Positions 31,001-41,500 of a DNA stretch of 64,000 nucleotides are shown in pieces. The number at the start of each line of letters is the position of its first letter. Within the stretch, counting starts at the first letter, position 1. Location of the stretch: IMG/VR virus record IMGVR_UViG_3300035502_000924, positions 13,160 to 77,159 of that record. One strand, given 5' to 3'. Below the pieces are notes generated by a model. The model saw nothing but the letters and a program-made list of their open reading frames with translations, had not been told where the DNA came from and did no database searches. This DNA comes from a virus (Duplodnaviria; Heunggongvirae; Uroviricota; Caudoviricetes). A program made the translations under genes and the position numbers.

Positions 31001-32050
31001 GATATGAACTCAGAAACATTTATGAATGTTTATGATAATTCAGGTGCAGATTTAAAAATGAAAAGAACTGTTCCTGAGATAGATTCAATAATACATTTTG
31101 GAGTTAGAGTAGCACCAAGTACGACAACACCACTTATAAACGCAGGTTACAACTTAGAGTTGTTAGGACACTTAATATTAGCTAAATCTGCTGCTAGTAG
31201 ATTTACTGCAACATTGTCAATGGTTGAAAATCCTGATATAAGAGTAGGTAATCCTATTAGGTTATTTACTTATGACGAACATCCTCAAATGGAAACAGGA
31301 TTATGGAGCACTGATACATATCCTGAGCAAAGTGTTTATTATATAAATTCTATAAGTAGAAGTATTAAGGCTGATGGTGTTTCCACTATGTCGATAGATT
31401 TAGTTGGCGGTAGAATGATGGGAGAGGAAAGTATATATGATAAAATGTCAGTATTGTATTTAGGTTTTTATGTAATGCCTAATATGAATGATGCAACAAG
31501 AGCTTTAGCTGAACAATATTATAGTGAAAACTGGGGTAAAATTACTTCATCTTCTGAGGTTTCACTTAGTACAAATAGTGATGGTTCAGGTGGTACTGAT
31601 GATGGTATAACGGCTGATAATTCAAATGCAGTAGGATATTGTTTCAATACTCTTAAAAATAGACTTGGAATTAATACGGCAGCGATTTGTGGGGTATTAG
31701 GCAATTTATGGGTTGAGAGTAAATTTAACCCTGCCGCTAGTAATAAAGGTTCTCATTTAGGTCTTGCACAATGGGATAGTGTAACTAGATACCCACGAAT
31801 GAAAAAATATTGTTCTGAAAATGGGTATGATTATAAAACGGTTAAAGGTCAAATAGAATATGTTTGTTATGAAATGAAAAATTCATATGTAAATACATAT
31901 AATTATTTAAAAGGGCTATCTAATACAGAAAGTAGCGTAACAGATGCAGCCGATTATGTAAGACTTCATTATGAGGTATGTGATGAACAAGGAGCACCGC
32001 AAAGACGGTCGCAAGCACTAAATTACTGGAAAACATATAAAGAAAGTTAA
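28085..32050 (+). CDS. tail or baseplate-associated lysin paralog 3: NlpC/P60 peptidase, then Amidase_2 (PGRP-type N-acetylmuramoyl-L-alanine amidase), then the shared LysM core, then a C-terminal SLT/GH23-like lytic transglycosylase
   Basis: NlpC/P60: GPDYDCSSLV...GGHMAIY. Amidase_2: HYAIGNDGSIFQMV...CWHSK...SIGIES. SLT-like: GNLWVESKFNPAASNKGSHLGLAQW (the ES...GLxQ catalytic block). The core is ~70% identical to paralog 1. Confidence 0.75.
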   Translation: MAQSIPECYTSWAEEIAKNSSHGYSQLDEKRWGPDYDCSSLVISAIEQAGIELRSKGADDTSNSLQPLLDSGFEDILANGTVKSSSTENMKRGDILLRSKAAASAKGGHMAIYCGNNKIVEASGDENGGDGKSSDIDSGDQVQQGTKYRSKEEIGINPYQNGNWTNILRYTGTETAKSSGTVSAPSIDKTTYRLGSGSEHGAQTPQYVVMHWAINTTCQGIYNQFKSNQTTSDSSKKGVAAHYAIGNDGSIFQMVDDNIQCWHSKSHHNKYSIGIESCTKSITTGEYTEAGYNANVHLAAYLCKTYNINPSTNLLRHYDCSGKACPRWFAPNPDYTDSGVLYPKNSNCDTDWAKFKSDVANKMNGLGSSSGLSVEASYFSGVPTDTSDMSASAMKQIEQLKAMGLDAYASGSDIMINYSILLKDYIKYANVRLLKGLQYHPNSLGRFNYKQDYVVIIRKKLYFAGTVTSEENYLRLYQLNNFSAITVSTSVAAEGTASVSIKGAERVVCIDRADETNKNWQSWDEMLNGLTNIDNEAETNGTRWRIGNSEWNDPNSSGIDYKNLMKAREAKYGWKFAEKCDFEPMDEIIIFSQSRSERNSSGQFTFKKIFFGYINSVQKDYSTKGLTMTIQASDQLKLLRNSYVNKSASYQPGIYNNGYLDISFATDKFGMIKLKEPYSALMAAQGEETSQDSINEVSQRTVWSEIFCGLFPDIIIANACMDAGIPARYLVTRIEPVKVIPYIFKDFTATPDYFSTEFKSRLQYCQEIAEICFMEFFQDEDGNIVFKIPSYVLGCNNLTSNNMGYELDLSFRENIGAKLDKSDVATLAKIQALCEYCQAIIYTTVEGDTLANISVDLYGTSIYASEIKYLNVGTLQKYSANDLIDVGTKILVFSYDVKDSKAREEYTDLLTNSFVSTLATTLYNEQTGIIDVVNMIGVTNSMLTDPLIPQVLPNEIISFVLSDCDSGIYNSIDMNSETFMNVYDNSGADLKMKRTVPEIDSIIHFGVRVAPSTTTPLINAGYNLELLGHLILAKSAASRFTATLSMVENPDIRVGNPIRLFTYDEHPQMETGLWSTDTYPEQSVYYINSISRSIKADGVSTMSIDLVGGRMMGEESIYDKMSVLYLGFYVMPNMNDATRALAEQYYSENWGKITSSSEVSLSTNSDGSGGTDDGITADNSNAVGYCFNTLKNRLGINTAAICGVLGNLWVESKFNPAASNKGSHLGLAQWDSVTRYPRMKKYCSENGYDYKTVKGQIEYVCYEMKNSYVNTYNYLKGLSNTESSVTDAADYVRLHYEVCDEQGAPQRRSQALNYWKTYKES
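29340..31445 (+). repeat. ~2.1-kb direct repeat copy 3
   Basis: Same conserved blocks; this copy is closest to copy 1. Confidence 0.8.
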
Positions 32051-32067
32051 AAAAGAGGTGAAGTTAT

Positions 32068-34059
32068 ATGGCAACAAATAGTACGCCAAGTCTATATTTA
32101 ACAAATGGAACAATTGTACAGCATAATTGTAATAATGAAATGTACGCTGCTGCCCGTGAGAGAATATCAAATACTTATGTTAAAGGGCAAAGTAATCCTG
32201 ATTTAAGATTAAGATATTGTACAATTTCTAATTATAGAGACCAAAATGATAATTTACCAGAAGAACCAACAAGTGATGATTTAACTGATTTTTTCTTAGA
32301 TATGAAAGGTATATATAGGGGTGATACCCATTGTGTTATTACCTCTTGGCTTTCAGGTAATGAAGGTGGTGTTTCTGGACCAACTTACTTTGGTGCAGAT
32401 TGGAATTTGGAAGAAAATCAAAGTTATGAATTAAATGATAGAAAGCAACAATATAGTACAAATTCAGCACTTCCTTGTGTTAATTTATCAAGTCCTTTTA
32501 TTTGGACAGGAAATGGTAGACATTGTGGTATTGATTTTGTACCACCTAAAAATAGTTTAATTATAACAGGTAAAGTTGATACAGGACAACAAGTTATATT
32601 GGGATATACAGCGACTAATCCAGAAGTAATTACTCCTGTTTTAAAACCTGGTGAAGTTTCAATTTCAGGATATGGCAATAATTATATTTATTGGGGACAA
32701 TCTGACAAGATAAATATTTATTGTAAAGCAGAAAAAGATGAAAAAGATTTAGATGACCCTGATTATATGAATGATAGAGAAAATTGTAAATATAATTCTA
32801 GTGATTGTGAATTGCAAATAAATATAAATGCAAATGATAGATTTATAGAAATTCTTGCAACAGAAGATAATGTAGAAGAAACAGAGGAAGAAGATACAAA
32901 TTACGCAAAACATAATAAATATCCACGTAAACCTGATGGTAGATGCCAAACATTAATAGTAATAACGCCACAAGATGTTACTGTCACTTGTAGCGATGAG
33001 TTTGGTTGTATTTCAAAATATAAACAAGATTCAGAATCTATATATAAAACTGTTACTACTAATGATGGCTATTTAACAGAAGAGGAAATGACTTCTGAAT
33101 ATATAAAAAGAAATGTTGATATTGAAGAAATAAAAATTGAAGAAGAACTGTCTGAAATAGGTATATTAAGAAAAGTATATGTTCCTAATAGTGAAGATTA
33201 TGTTCAAGAAGAAATAACTCCTGATAAAATAACTAAAACTGTATATAAAGACGAAGAAAATCGTTATACAAAGCACGAAATGGACTCAGAAACAATAGTT
33301 AAAACGGTATATACAGACGAAGGAGACCATTATACTAAAGAATCAATATCAAGAGATGAAATAATTAAAGAAATGTATAGTGGTAATGAAGAAGATGGTG
33401 CTTATACAAGAGAAAGATTGACAACAGATAGTATTAAACGAGAAGTATTTGTTGATGAAAATAATAATTCATTATTGGAAATGACAAATGAAAGTATGAG
33501 TAAAAAAGTTGTTAAAGGTACAGAAGTTGTTGAAGAAAATATTTATTATGGTGACGATGAAGATGCAGGTAAAATTGAAGATTATGACACAATCGATGAA
33601 GCAAAAACAACATTAAGAATACATAGAAAAGTTTATGATAAAAATGACGATAAAGATAAATTGATTACAATAGAAGATGTTCAAAATGATGTAATAAGAT
33701 TTAAAACAGGTTTCTTTAAAGTAGATGCTGATAAGATTGACCTTGCTGGTCTTACATTTGGTCAAGCTTCTGATGAACCATTAAAGATTGAAGCAGATGA
33801 TATTTTAATTCACGCTAGTCATAACCTTGTTATTTCAGGTGAAAATAGAATTAGTATTTATAGTACTGAATTTAAAGAACCTGATGAGGGCGGTACTGTT
33901 GCTGATGAAAGTATTGAATATGGTGGTCTTGGAGCAAAAGGTGGATTTGGTGATAATACAGGTCAATATGAACCAGCAGATTGTGAAAATGAACATAGAA
34001 TCGATATTGTTACAAATTATCTTACAAAGAGCTTTCCACTGGGTGAATTAACAAGTTAA
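32068..34059 (+). CDS. putative baseplate central spike or hub-associated protein with a beta-helix-like C-terminus
   Basis: Tightly coupled to the preceding lysin paralog. The C-terminal LKIEADDILIHASHNLVISGENRISIYS resembles beta-helical spike repeats. Internal ~30-aa repeats (YTKHEMDSETIVKTVY...) are present. The assignment rests on gene position and weak motif evidence. Confidence 0.4.
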   Translation: MATNSTPSLYLTNGTIVQHNCNNEMYAAARERISNTYVKGQSNPDLRLRYCTISNYRDQNDNLPEEPTSDDLTDFFLDMKGIYRGDTHCVITSWLSGNEGGVSGPTYFGADWNLEENQSYELNDRKQQYSTNSALPCVNLSSPFIWTGNGRHCGIDFVPPKNSLIITGKVDTGQQVILGYTATNPEVITPVLKPGEVSISGYGNNYIYWGQSDKINIYCKAEKDEKDLDDPDYMNDRENCKYNSSDCELQININANDRFIEILATEDNVEETEEEDTNYAKHNKYPRKPDGRCQTLIVITPQDVTVTCSDEFGCISKYKQDSESIYKTVTTNDGYLTEEEMTSEYIKRNVDIEEIKIEEELSEIGILRKVYVPNSEDYVQEEITPDKITKTVYKDEENRYTKHEMDSETIVKTVYTDEGDHYTKESISRDEIIKEMYSGNEEDGAYTRERLTTDSIKREVFVDENNNSLLEMTNESMSKKVVKGTEVVEENIYYGDDEDAGKIEDYDTIDEAKTTLRIHRKVYDKNDDKDKLITIEDVQNDVIRFKTGFFKVDADKIDLAGLTFGQASDEPLKIEADDILIHASHNLVISGENRISIYSTEFKEPDEGGTVADESIEYGGLGAKGGFGDNTGQYEPADCENEHRIDIVTNYLTKSFPLGELTS

Positions 34060-34080
34060 TATATTATTAAATTATTCAAT

Positions 34081-34115
34081 ATCCCTTATTTCATTTAATA
34101 AGGGATATTTTTATT
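34081..34115 (+). terminator. rho-independent terminator
   Basis: atcccttatt-tcattt-aataagggat followed by a T-run. Confidence 0.75.
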
Positions 34116-34186
34116 AAATTAAAATCACAAGTAATAGTTTTTTTATTTAATATATAAAAGAAAAATAATAAAAGGGTGGTTGCAAA

Positions 34187-34675
34187 ATGAGTTATGATAT
34201 TAAAGGGTTTAATGCTTGTAATCATACTGTAAATAATAAAATTTACGATTATCAACTTTGTCCTAAATGTTATGGTAAGGGATATTATTTTGATGTGTAT
34301 TTTGATAAAGAAGGAAAAATAGCTACAACAACTGATGAAGCCAAATTGCAACAAGAAATGTTAAAGGTTATAATAGACCATAAATATGACAATTTATTTC
34401 ATCAAGATTGGGGTAGTCAGTTACATTCATTAATTGGTAGTAAAAACGATACAATAACAAAAAACAAAATAAAAATGTTAGCAAGACAAGCAGAAGAATA
34501 TTTACAAAAAGTTCAAGTTGTAGAATTTAATGAAAATAATACATTAGAAGCAACAGAAATAATACAAGATATTGTATCTGTAAACGTAAAAGAAGTAGGC
34601 CCAACAGCTTATTTAATTTCAATAATTGTTTCTAATACGGTTGGAGATGTAATGTCACAGACATTAGAAATTTAA
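34187..34675 (+). CDS. baseplate wedge protein, gp25/GPW-like (XkdS-like), with an N-terminal Cys-rich zinc-ribbon-like tag
   Basis: 162 aa. DWGSQLHSLIGSKNDT...IKMLARQAEEYLQKVQVVEF fits the gp25/GPW pattern (fG..l..l.g ... EPRi-like). The N-terminus has CNH...CPKC. It sits directly upstream of the baseplate-J-like gene. Confidence 0.5.
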   Translation: MSYDIKGFNACNHTVNNKIYDYQLCPKCYGKGYYFDVYFDKEGKIATTTDEAKLQQEMLKVIIDHKYDNLFHQDWGSQLHSLIGSKNDTITKNKIKMLARQAEEYLQKVQVVEFNENNTLEATEIIQDIVSVNVKEVGPTAYLISIIVSNTVGDVMSQTLEI

Positions 34676-34696
34676 AATTATAGGAGGTGAAATGAT

Positions 34697-37600
34697 TTGA
34701 TAACTTTAAAAACATTAAACGAAGTTGTACAGGGAATGATAGACAATATACACGATAAAGTACCTAAGGCAGATACCAAGGAAGGTACTTTTTTAAGAGA
34801 TGTTTTTATTGACCCTGTTGCAGATGAAGTTGTTGGTTTAAACTTTGATATGAAAATTATGGAAACAAACCAATCAATATTAACTGCTACTGATGAAGAT
34901 TTGGATAGATTGGCTTCAAATTATGGTATAACAAGAAATGAAGCAACAAAATCTTCTGGTTTTATAAGGTTTTATTTTAAATCAACAGATGTTGATACTG
35001 TTATATATGCTAGTACGGTTGTACAAACAGTTCCAACATATGCAACAGCATCTAAATCATTTACTACAACTAATACAAAAGATATTTATTATGTAAGTGA
35101 TAATACTACATTAGACCGTGAACAATATGAGTATTATCAAATAATAAATCTTTCAAATTTAACATTAGGAGATAGTGGATATTACTACTACGATGTAGAA
35201 GCATTATCTTCTGATACAGGAAGTGCTTATAATGTTAGTGCGAATACAATAATAAGAAAAAGTTCTACACTAGATACCAATATATTAACATTTGGTAATA
35301 CCATTGCTTTTACAGGTGGTTCTGATAATGAAACGGATATTTCATTAAGAATGAGAATTAGACTTGCATTATTAGGTGCTAACATTGGTACAAAATATGG
35401 TTATTTATCTTATGTTTATAATTCAGATTATGTAGAAGATGTAAATGTTGTTTCTGCTGGTGATGCTGATATGCTAAGAGATTTAAATGATAGCTATGAA
35501 CATTCAGGCGGTATGGTTGATATATATGTTAAAGGTAAAAAAGCAGATACAGCAACATTTACTTCAAAAATAAGTCTTAACAATCTTGGGTATACAGATA
35601 GTTACGCATATACCCCATTGGTTATTAATTCAAAAAGAAAACCAATTATAGATATAAATTCAATTACATATAATAGAGTTTTAAGTGACGGTACAACAAC
35701 GACAAGATATTTAAGAAATGCTTCTAATTATGATTATGAAGCCACTTATACTAATTTAACTGAATTAGGCTCTACAATGTTGTTTGAAGATGCCGATATT
35801 GAAGTTACAAGACTTTCACAAATGAGTAAAATAATAGACGAACTTGAAGAAAAGATAAATGACCCACAACAAAATTTTTATGATTTTTTATATTTAGATT
35901 CAGAAAATTCTGCTGGCTATATAGGTGCAGATGGCTCTAATTTAAATGGATATGAACCTGAATATAATGGTTCTAATAAGAATTTTAATGTTTATAGTAA
36001 TTTTTTATATTGTTTACCAGATACAGATATAAAAGCTCCATTTACATATGCAATGTATTATAGATATCTTTATACAGAAAATGGAGATATTACAGAAGAC
36101 CAAAAAAGATATTTTGCCATTAAATTTTCTTTTGGTGTTGGTGCTGGTGAAACTGTAACTAATAGTATAGTAAGAGATGAAAATGGTGTAACATTATACT
36201 ACTGTAATAAATCTATTGAAAATGTCGAAGATTTTTCAGAAGAATTAAAAAGATTAGAAGATGAAAATGGTAAGGAAATAAAATTGACTGGTCCAGTTTT
36301 TGATGATAATGGATATGTAGTTACAGAAGGTACAAAGTTTTATACACCTGATTATTCATATAACAACGAAGATGATTGTTATTATTATTCTGTCGATTCA
36401 AGTACTATACAAGACTTTATTGATAAATCTACATTAAGTGGTACAGAAGATTTAGAACAAGGCAATTATTTCTTTTATGTAAAATTTAGTGATGATATTT
36501 ATAGCGGTAATATTATGGGTGATAATTTTACAAGTTATACATCTTATGAATATTATACTATAAAGCAAGAATACATCCTTTATAAGGACGATTTAGGCGA
36601 ATGGACTTTTTATACTATAAATGATGACGATTTTGTTTCAGGTGCAAGTATTGATGATAGAATGAAACAAATTATGTATAATATTTGTACTTCAAATATA
36701 TCTAATAATATTGTTACAAAATTAACAACAGTTGATAAGTCTATTGATATAGACCAAGAAACTTATGTTGCAGACGTTCATGGTTATATAAAAGAATATT
36801 ATGGTGATGGCGAGACAACTAATGATTATTATGAATATTACAATCTTAATTATGAGGGTAATCAAAAACTCCCATATAAATTTACAGTTCATAGAAATAT
36901 ATATAATGAAATTATTGCTATTGATTTTGTTTTCGCTGTTGAAGATATGGTAAATACTGATGCAGAAGCAGATGCTTTTTACTATTTTCCTAATTATGAA
37001 TATACAATTATTAGATGTTTAGATACTAAAACAAAATTGTATATTTATGAAAAACTAGAAACTCCTAATAAAAATTATTTTAAAGATACAAAATTAACTT
37101 ATTCTAATTTCTTTACTACTTCAAGTACATTATTAACTGAAACAGTAGAACCTTTAGTAAATCAAGGAGTAACAAGTTCTTCCGTGGCTGTTGTTATTCT
37201 TTCTGATTATATTACTGAAACAACTATGCAGAATAATATACTTTTACAATTGAGTAATTATAAAGATAAAATGTTTAATTATAAGTCAGATATTGATTTT
37301 GGTAATGAAACAACAAATACAATAAAAGTTTATAACAAACCATATGTATATGTACAATTAGAATTAACCAATGATGAAAAAATAGTAAATGTAAAAGTAT
37401 ATGTTAGTTCAATTCCCAATGTTGGTATTGTTAGTTGTCATTTGATTATATATAATACTAATTATGACGATAATGTTGTTGGTTTTATTGATGAAGAAGC
37501 AATTTATTCCACAGATAATAGTGATGCTGACATAAATAATGGAGAGTATTTAGAAAATTATACAATGGTAGACGGTATTATTGATATTACTATTAGTTCA

Positions 37601-38536
37601 GATGCTTCTATTTATTATAGAGAGGATAAAGATACTTGTATCTTTGAAAGGAATTTCTATAGAAAAAGTTATGAAAAAGATGGTGAAACTTGTTATTCGA
37701 CCATGGATTTAAATTTCTCACTCAGCAATATAAATATTTATAGTGTTGATGAAATTTTAATGAGTTATGAAGCAAAAGATGCGGATATTGTATTTGGTGG
37801 ACTTGAATATCCATCAACAGTTCAATTTGCTGCTGAAAATGCAGTTATTGTTATGTTCTCTATTACAGAACATATCGTAAACAGTAAAATTTATAAAATT
37901 GATATGACATTTCCACTTTCTTATTTGGATGTAGATTATCCTTTGGATGTTACATTTGTGAAAAAAGCTGATGAATTTTATGTAAGAAATTATACTGTAC
38001 CTGATTTTGCATTAATGGAAACGAATTCTAGTTTATATAGTGGCAGCATAATGTCAAATTATAGAATCAAGTGGTTTAATCCGTATAATATTCTTGATGA
38101 TACAAATACTATTGGAACAAATTGTTATATAACAGTAAGTTATAATTATAATTCTTTAATTTATACATTACAACAAAAAATAGCTTCTGTTAAGTGTTTA
38201 ACAGCAGATGTTTTAATAAAATCAGCAGAAGAATATCCATTAGAAATCTTATTAAGTGTTCAATTTGATGATACACAAGAAATTAGTGATACTAAAACAA
38301 ATATCATTGATACATTAACAGAACAAATAAATGATAATTCTCAGTTAGGTACAACACTTAAAAAATCAGATATTATAGCAACAGTTCAAAGAATGGACGG
38401 CGTTTATTATGTGGAATCTTCTGAAACTGAAATAAGAAAAATGCACGGAGAAGCTCAAAAAATAATTAAATTAAAAGGTAATCAATATTTTTATTTAAGA
38501 AATATTGCCATTACAACTATTGAAGATACAGAATAA
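34697..38536 (+). CDS. baseplate J-like protein (gpJ/gp6/XkdT family), unusually large at 1279 aa
   Basis: TTG start with a strong RBS aggaggtga. The N-terminal DEDLDRLASNYGITRNEATKSSGFIRFYF matches the Baseplate_J signature (l..lA...G..R..A..A.G.v.F). It follows a gp25-like gene in the conserved order. Confidence 0.6.
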   Translation: MITLKTLNEVVQGMIDNIHDKVPKADTKEGTFLRDVFIDPVADEVVGLNFDMKIMETNQSILTATDEDLDRLASNYGITRNEATKSSGFIRFYFKSTDVDTVIYASTVVQTVPTYATASKSFTTTNTKDIYYVSDNTTLDREQYEYYQIINLSNLTLGDSGYYYYDVEALSSDTGSAYNVSANTIIRKSSTLDTNILTFGNTIAFTGGSDNETDISLRMRIRLALLGANIGTKYGYLSYVYNSDYVEDVNVVSAGDADMLRDLNDSYEHSGGMVDIYVKGKKADTATFTSKISLNNLGYTDSYAYTPLVINSKRKPIIDINSITYNRVLSDGTTTTRYLRNASNYDYEATYTNLTELGSTMLFEDADIEVTRLSQMSKIIDELEEKINDPQQNFYDFLYLDSENSAGYIGADGSNLNGYEPEYNGSNKNFNVYSNFLYCLPDTDIKAPFTYAMYYRYLYTENGDITEDQKRYFAIKFSFGVGAGETVTNSIVRDENGVTLYYCNKSIENVEDFSEELKRLEDENGKEIKLTGPVFDDNGYVVTEGTKFYTPDYSYNNEDDCYYYSVDSSTIQDFIDKSTLSGTEDLEQGNYFFYVKFSDDIYSGNIMGDNFTSYTSYEYYTIKQEYILYKDDLGEWTFYTINDDDFVSGASIDDRMKQIMYNICTSNISNNIVTKLTTVDKSIDIDQETYVADVHGYIKEYYGDGETTNDYYEYYNLNYEGNQKLPYKFTVHRNIYNEIIAIDFVFAVEDMVNTDAEADAFYYFPNYEYTIIRCLDTKTKLYIYEKLETPNKNYFKDTKLTYSNFFTTSSTLLTETVEPLVNQGVTSSSVAVVILSDYITETTMQNNILLQLSNYKDKMFNYKSDIDFGNETTNTIKVYNKPYVYVQLELTNDEKIVNVKVYVSSIPNVGIVSCHLIIYNTNYDDNVVGFIDEEAIYSTDNSDADINNGEYLENYTMVDGIIDITISSDASIYYREDKDTCIFERNFYRKSYEKDGETCYSTMDLNFSLSNINIYSVDEILMSYEAKDADIVFGGLEYPSTVQFAAENAVIVMFSITEHIVNSKIYKIDMTFPLSYLDVDYPLDVTFVKKADEFYVRNYTVPDFALMETNSSLYSGSIMSNYRIKWFNPYNILDDTNTIGTNCYITVSYNYNSLIYTLQQKIASVKCLTADVLIKSAEEYPLEILLSVQFDDTQEISDTKTNIIDTLTEQINDNSQLGTTLKKSDIIATVQRMDGVYYVESSETEIRKMHGEAQKIIKLKGNQYFYLRNIAITTIEDTE

Positions 38537-38550
38537 GAGGTGATGTTGTT

Positions 38551-41500
38551 TTGAATAATGGTATAAGATTAAATAGTTTTGATTATGGCATTAATAATAC
38601 ATTAAGAAATAATATCACTTCTTCAACTGAACCTGTAACCGCATATAAAGCTTTATTTGAAGCACAATTTGATATAATTTTTGGTAATAGTGTTTCATTA
38701 GTTGATGGTTCTTTTTCAGGAACATTAAAAGGTATTCCTTTTAAAAATATTATTGATAGATTAAATTTTGTTTATTGTGTTTTTAAACAAGAAGGTTCTC
38801 AAACTGGCATAATGTCTGTTTCTAATGGAATGAAATTTTGTTATGATTTAAGTATTTTTGATAGCGAACACGTTAATAGTAATAGAACCATACCATTTTA
38901 TATGGAGAACAGAAAAACAAAAGAAGTAGATGAAATATTAAATGAATTACAAGAACAAAATTCTTATTTTGATACTATAATGAGTGAATACATTAGCTCA
39001 TATTCTCAAAGAAATACCTTTGCAGATGTAAAAAGAGTATTATTTATGGAAGTTGATTTTTATATTCTTGTTATTAATCAAAATGGTTCAGAATATACTG
39101 ATTGTAAATTATATAATCTTTTTGAATATTTAAAGGAATGTGCTAAAAATACTTATAGTGAAAGTACAGAAGAAGAATTTAAACAATATGAATTGGATAT
39201 AAGAAATACAGACAATACTCTTGAATTATTTAACAGCGATAATTATTATTACAAATTAAATTATCCTAATCAAGAAATATTTGATGGAGATATATTAAGT
39301 AGTATAGTTTCCAAAATGGAAAATTTATATTCAACATATTCTACAAATAGTATTACCTCTATTAAATACTGGTTGCCTTTTGTATCTCCTGATAGATTTA
39401 GTACTTATGTGAATGATGTTTATTCAAAAATAGAAGCTGATGGTAGAAAATTTTCTCATTATCCAAATGTAGTTGAATATTATTATTGCATTTTAATAAG
39501 TAGAATTACAGGGTATTTATTAACAGGTAATACTTTGTTAAGTGCTGATTTACGTTTGGGCGGTCCTAATGTAATGGATATTGAAAGTACATGGGCGAGA
39601 TATATATTATTTCATTATAAATATGATAACTCAGAATTAACTGGTGGCATAAGACAATATTTTGCTTTTTATACTTTTTATAATGATAATTATTATTCAG
39701 CAAAAGATACTTCAAACATATATATAGATAATAAATTTCATTATGAAGATATAAAGTATTTAACAGAAGGTAATTTACTTTATGACTTAAAAAATGATGC
39801 TGAAAAAAATATAGTTTTTACTAATGAATGTAATTATTTTAAAGTATATTCTGAATATGAATCTTTAGAAGAAGGTGTATCAACTCAAAAAAATAGTAAT
39901 GCTTATGATGAAATACAAAATATGCTTTACTTATTAAAAGTAGATACATGGTCTTTTAAAAACAAATTATTTAGTGCTGATGAAGATACAAGTGGTTTAG
40001 TTGTTTTTAAAAGTAATATAAAAGATAGTCCTAGTAATTTTATTAAAAAACCTGATTATTATTTATATAGTCGTTTAGGTAATTATTCAATAGATTTTAA
40101 TTACTTAAAAGACGATGAAGATGTAGGTGACGGTGGATATAGTCAGATAAGTTTTTATGATAGTGAAGAATCCCAAACAGATAAATTATTTATTTTATGG
40201 AATTGTACAACTTCAAGAAGATTGTTGTATTCTCATTATACAAGAAGTTATTATAAATTTGTAATACCAAACGATAGTTTAGGTTATCTCACTTATTCAG
40301 CTGCCACAGAAGAAGAAACAAAATTAACAGGTAATCTTTATATTTACTTTGATGATGATTTAGGTATTGTTTATATTAAAGAGCATAATGATTTATCTGC
40401 CACTACATTAAAATTCTTAACTAATAAATATACTTCAATAAATAGTTATTTTCAAACAACAATAAAACATTTATTAAATATGTTGCCATTGTCATATAAT
40501 ACAGAAATTATTGATACTAACTTTTATAAAATATTACGAACTGCGGCTATTCAACTTGCAGAAACAAAATATGGATTACAAAAAGTAAAACGTGGTATGT
40601 GGCTTAACGCTTTGGATGACGATGGAATAGAACAATGTGATGATGATTTACTATATAACAACTTTGGTAGTATGATAGATTTGCCTAAAAAAGCAAAATG
40701 GAGTTACGACCAATATAGAGCTATGATTAGTGCTGTATATGAGGTTCTTATAAAAGGACCAAATAAAGAAAGTATGCAGAACGCTATAAAGAAATTCACA
40801 GGTTATGAAAACTATTTATATGAGTTATATAAAAATGACGAATATATCTTTTCTAATTTAACAGTAGATAAACAATTTAGATTTGCTGTGCAAATATTAA
40901 AAGATTTAGATACTTATGATGATAGTGCTGAAATGATGGAAAATGTAAAATTTTTATTGGATATGATAAAACCTGCTCACACATTATACTTAATATATGT
41001 TGGTTTATCTTCAAGTGAAACAATAGATGTTACTAATAATTTTACAGACACAGATTTTTTTGAAAATGAAATGCTTTTAAGAGAAGCTACATTTGGTGCT
41101 GATGTTGATAGTGCTTTTCAATTATTCCCAAGTGAAAATACATTAAGTAGATTATTATTAAATGAAGATTATTGGAAAAATGTAAATGGTTGGGATAGTA
41201 CATATAATGGAACAACACAATATATGTGGTTGCAATATGTACAAGAAAAATTAAATGAAAAAAATGCACCCTATCGTAGATTGGCTGTTAATCAAAGTAA
41301 AGTTGAAGCTATATTTGCACAAGATATGTATGCTGATTTAAAAGAAATATATACAGATATAAGAAATAATACATATAATACTCTTAAAGAAGATTTTGAA
41401 GCATTAATTACACCTCAAACTAGTGGAGAATATTATAGTTTACAATATGTAACGGAAGATTATCATTGCGAAAACACACTTGGATATGAAACTCATTTAA

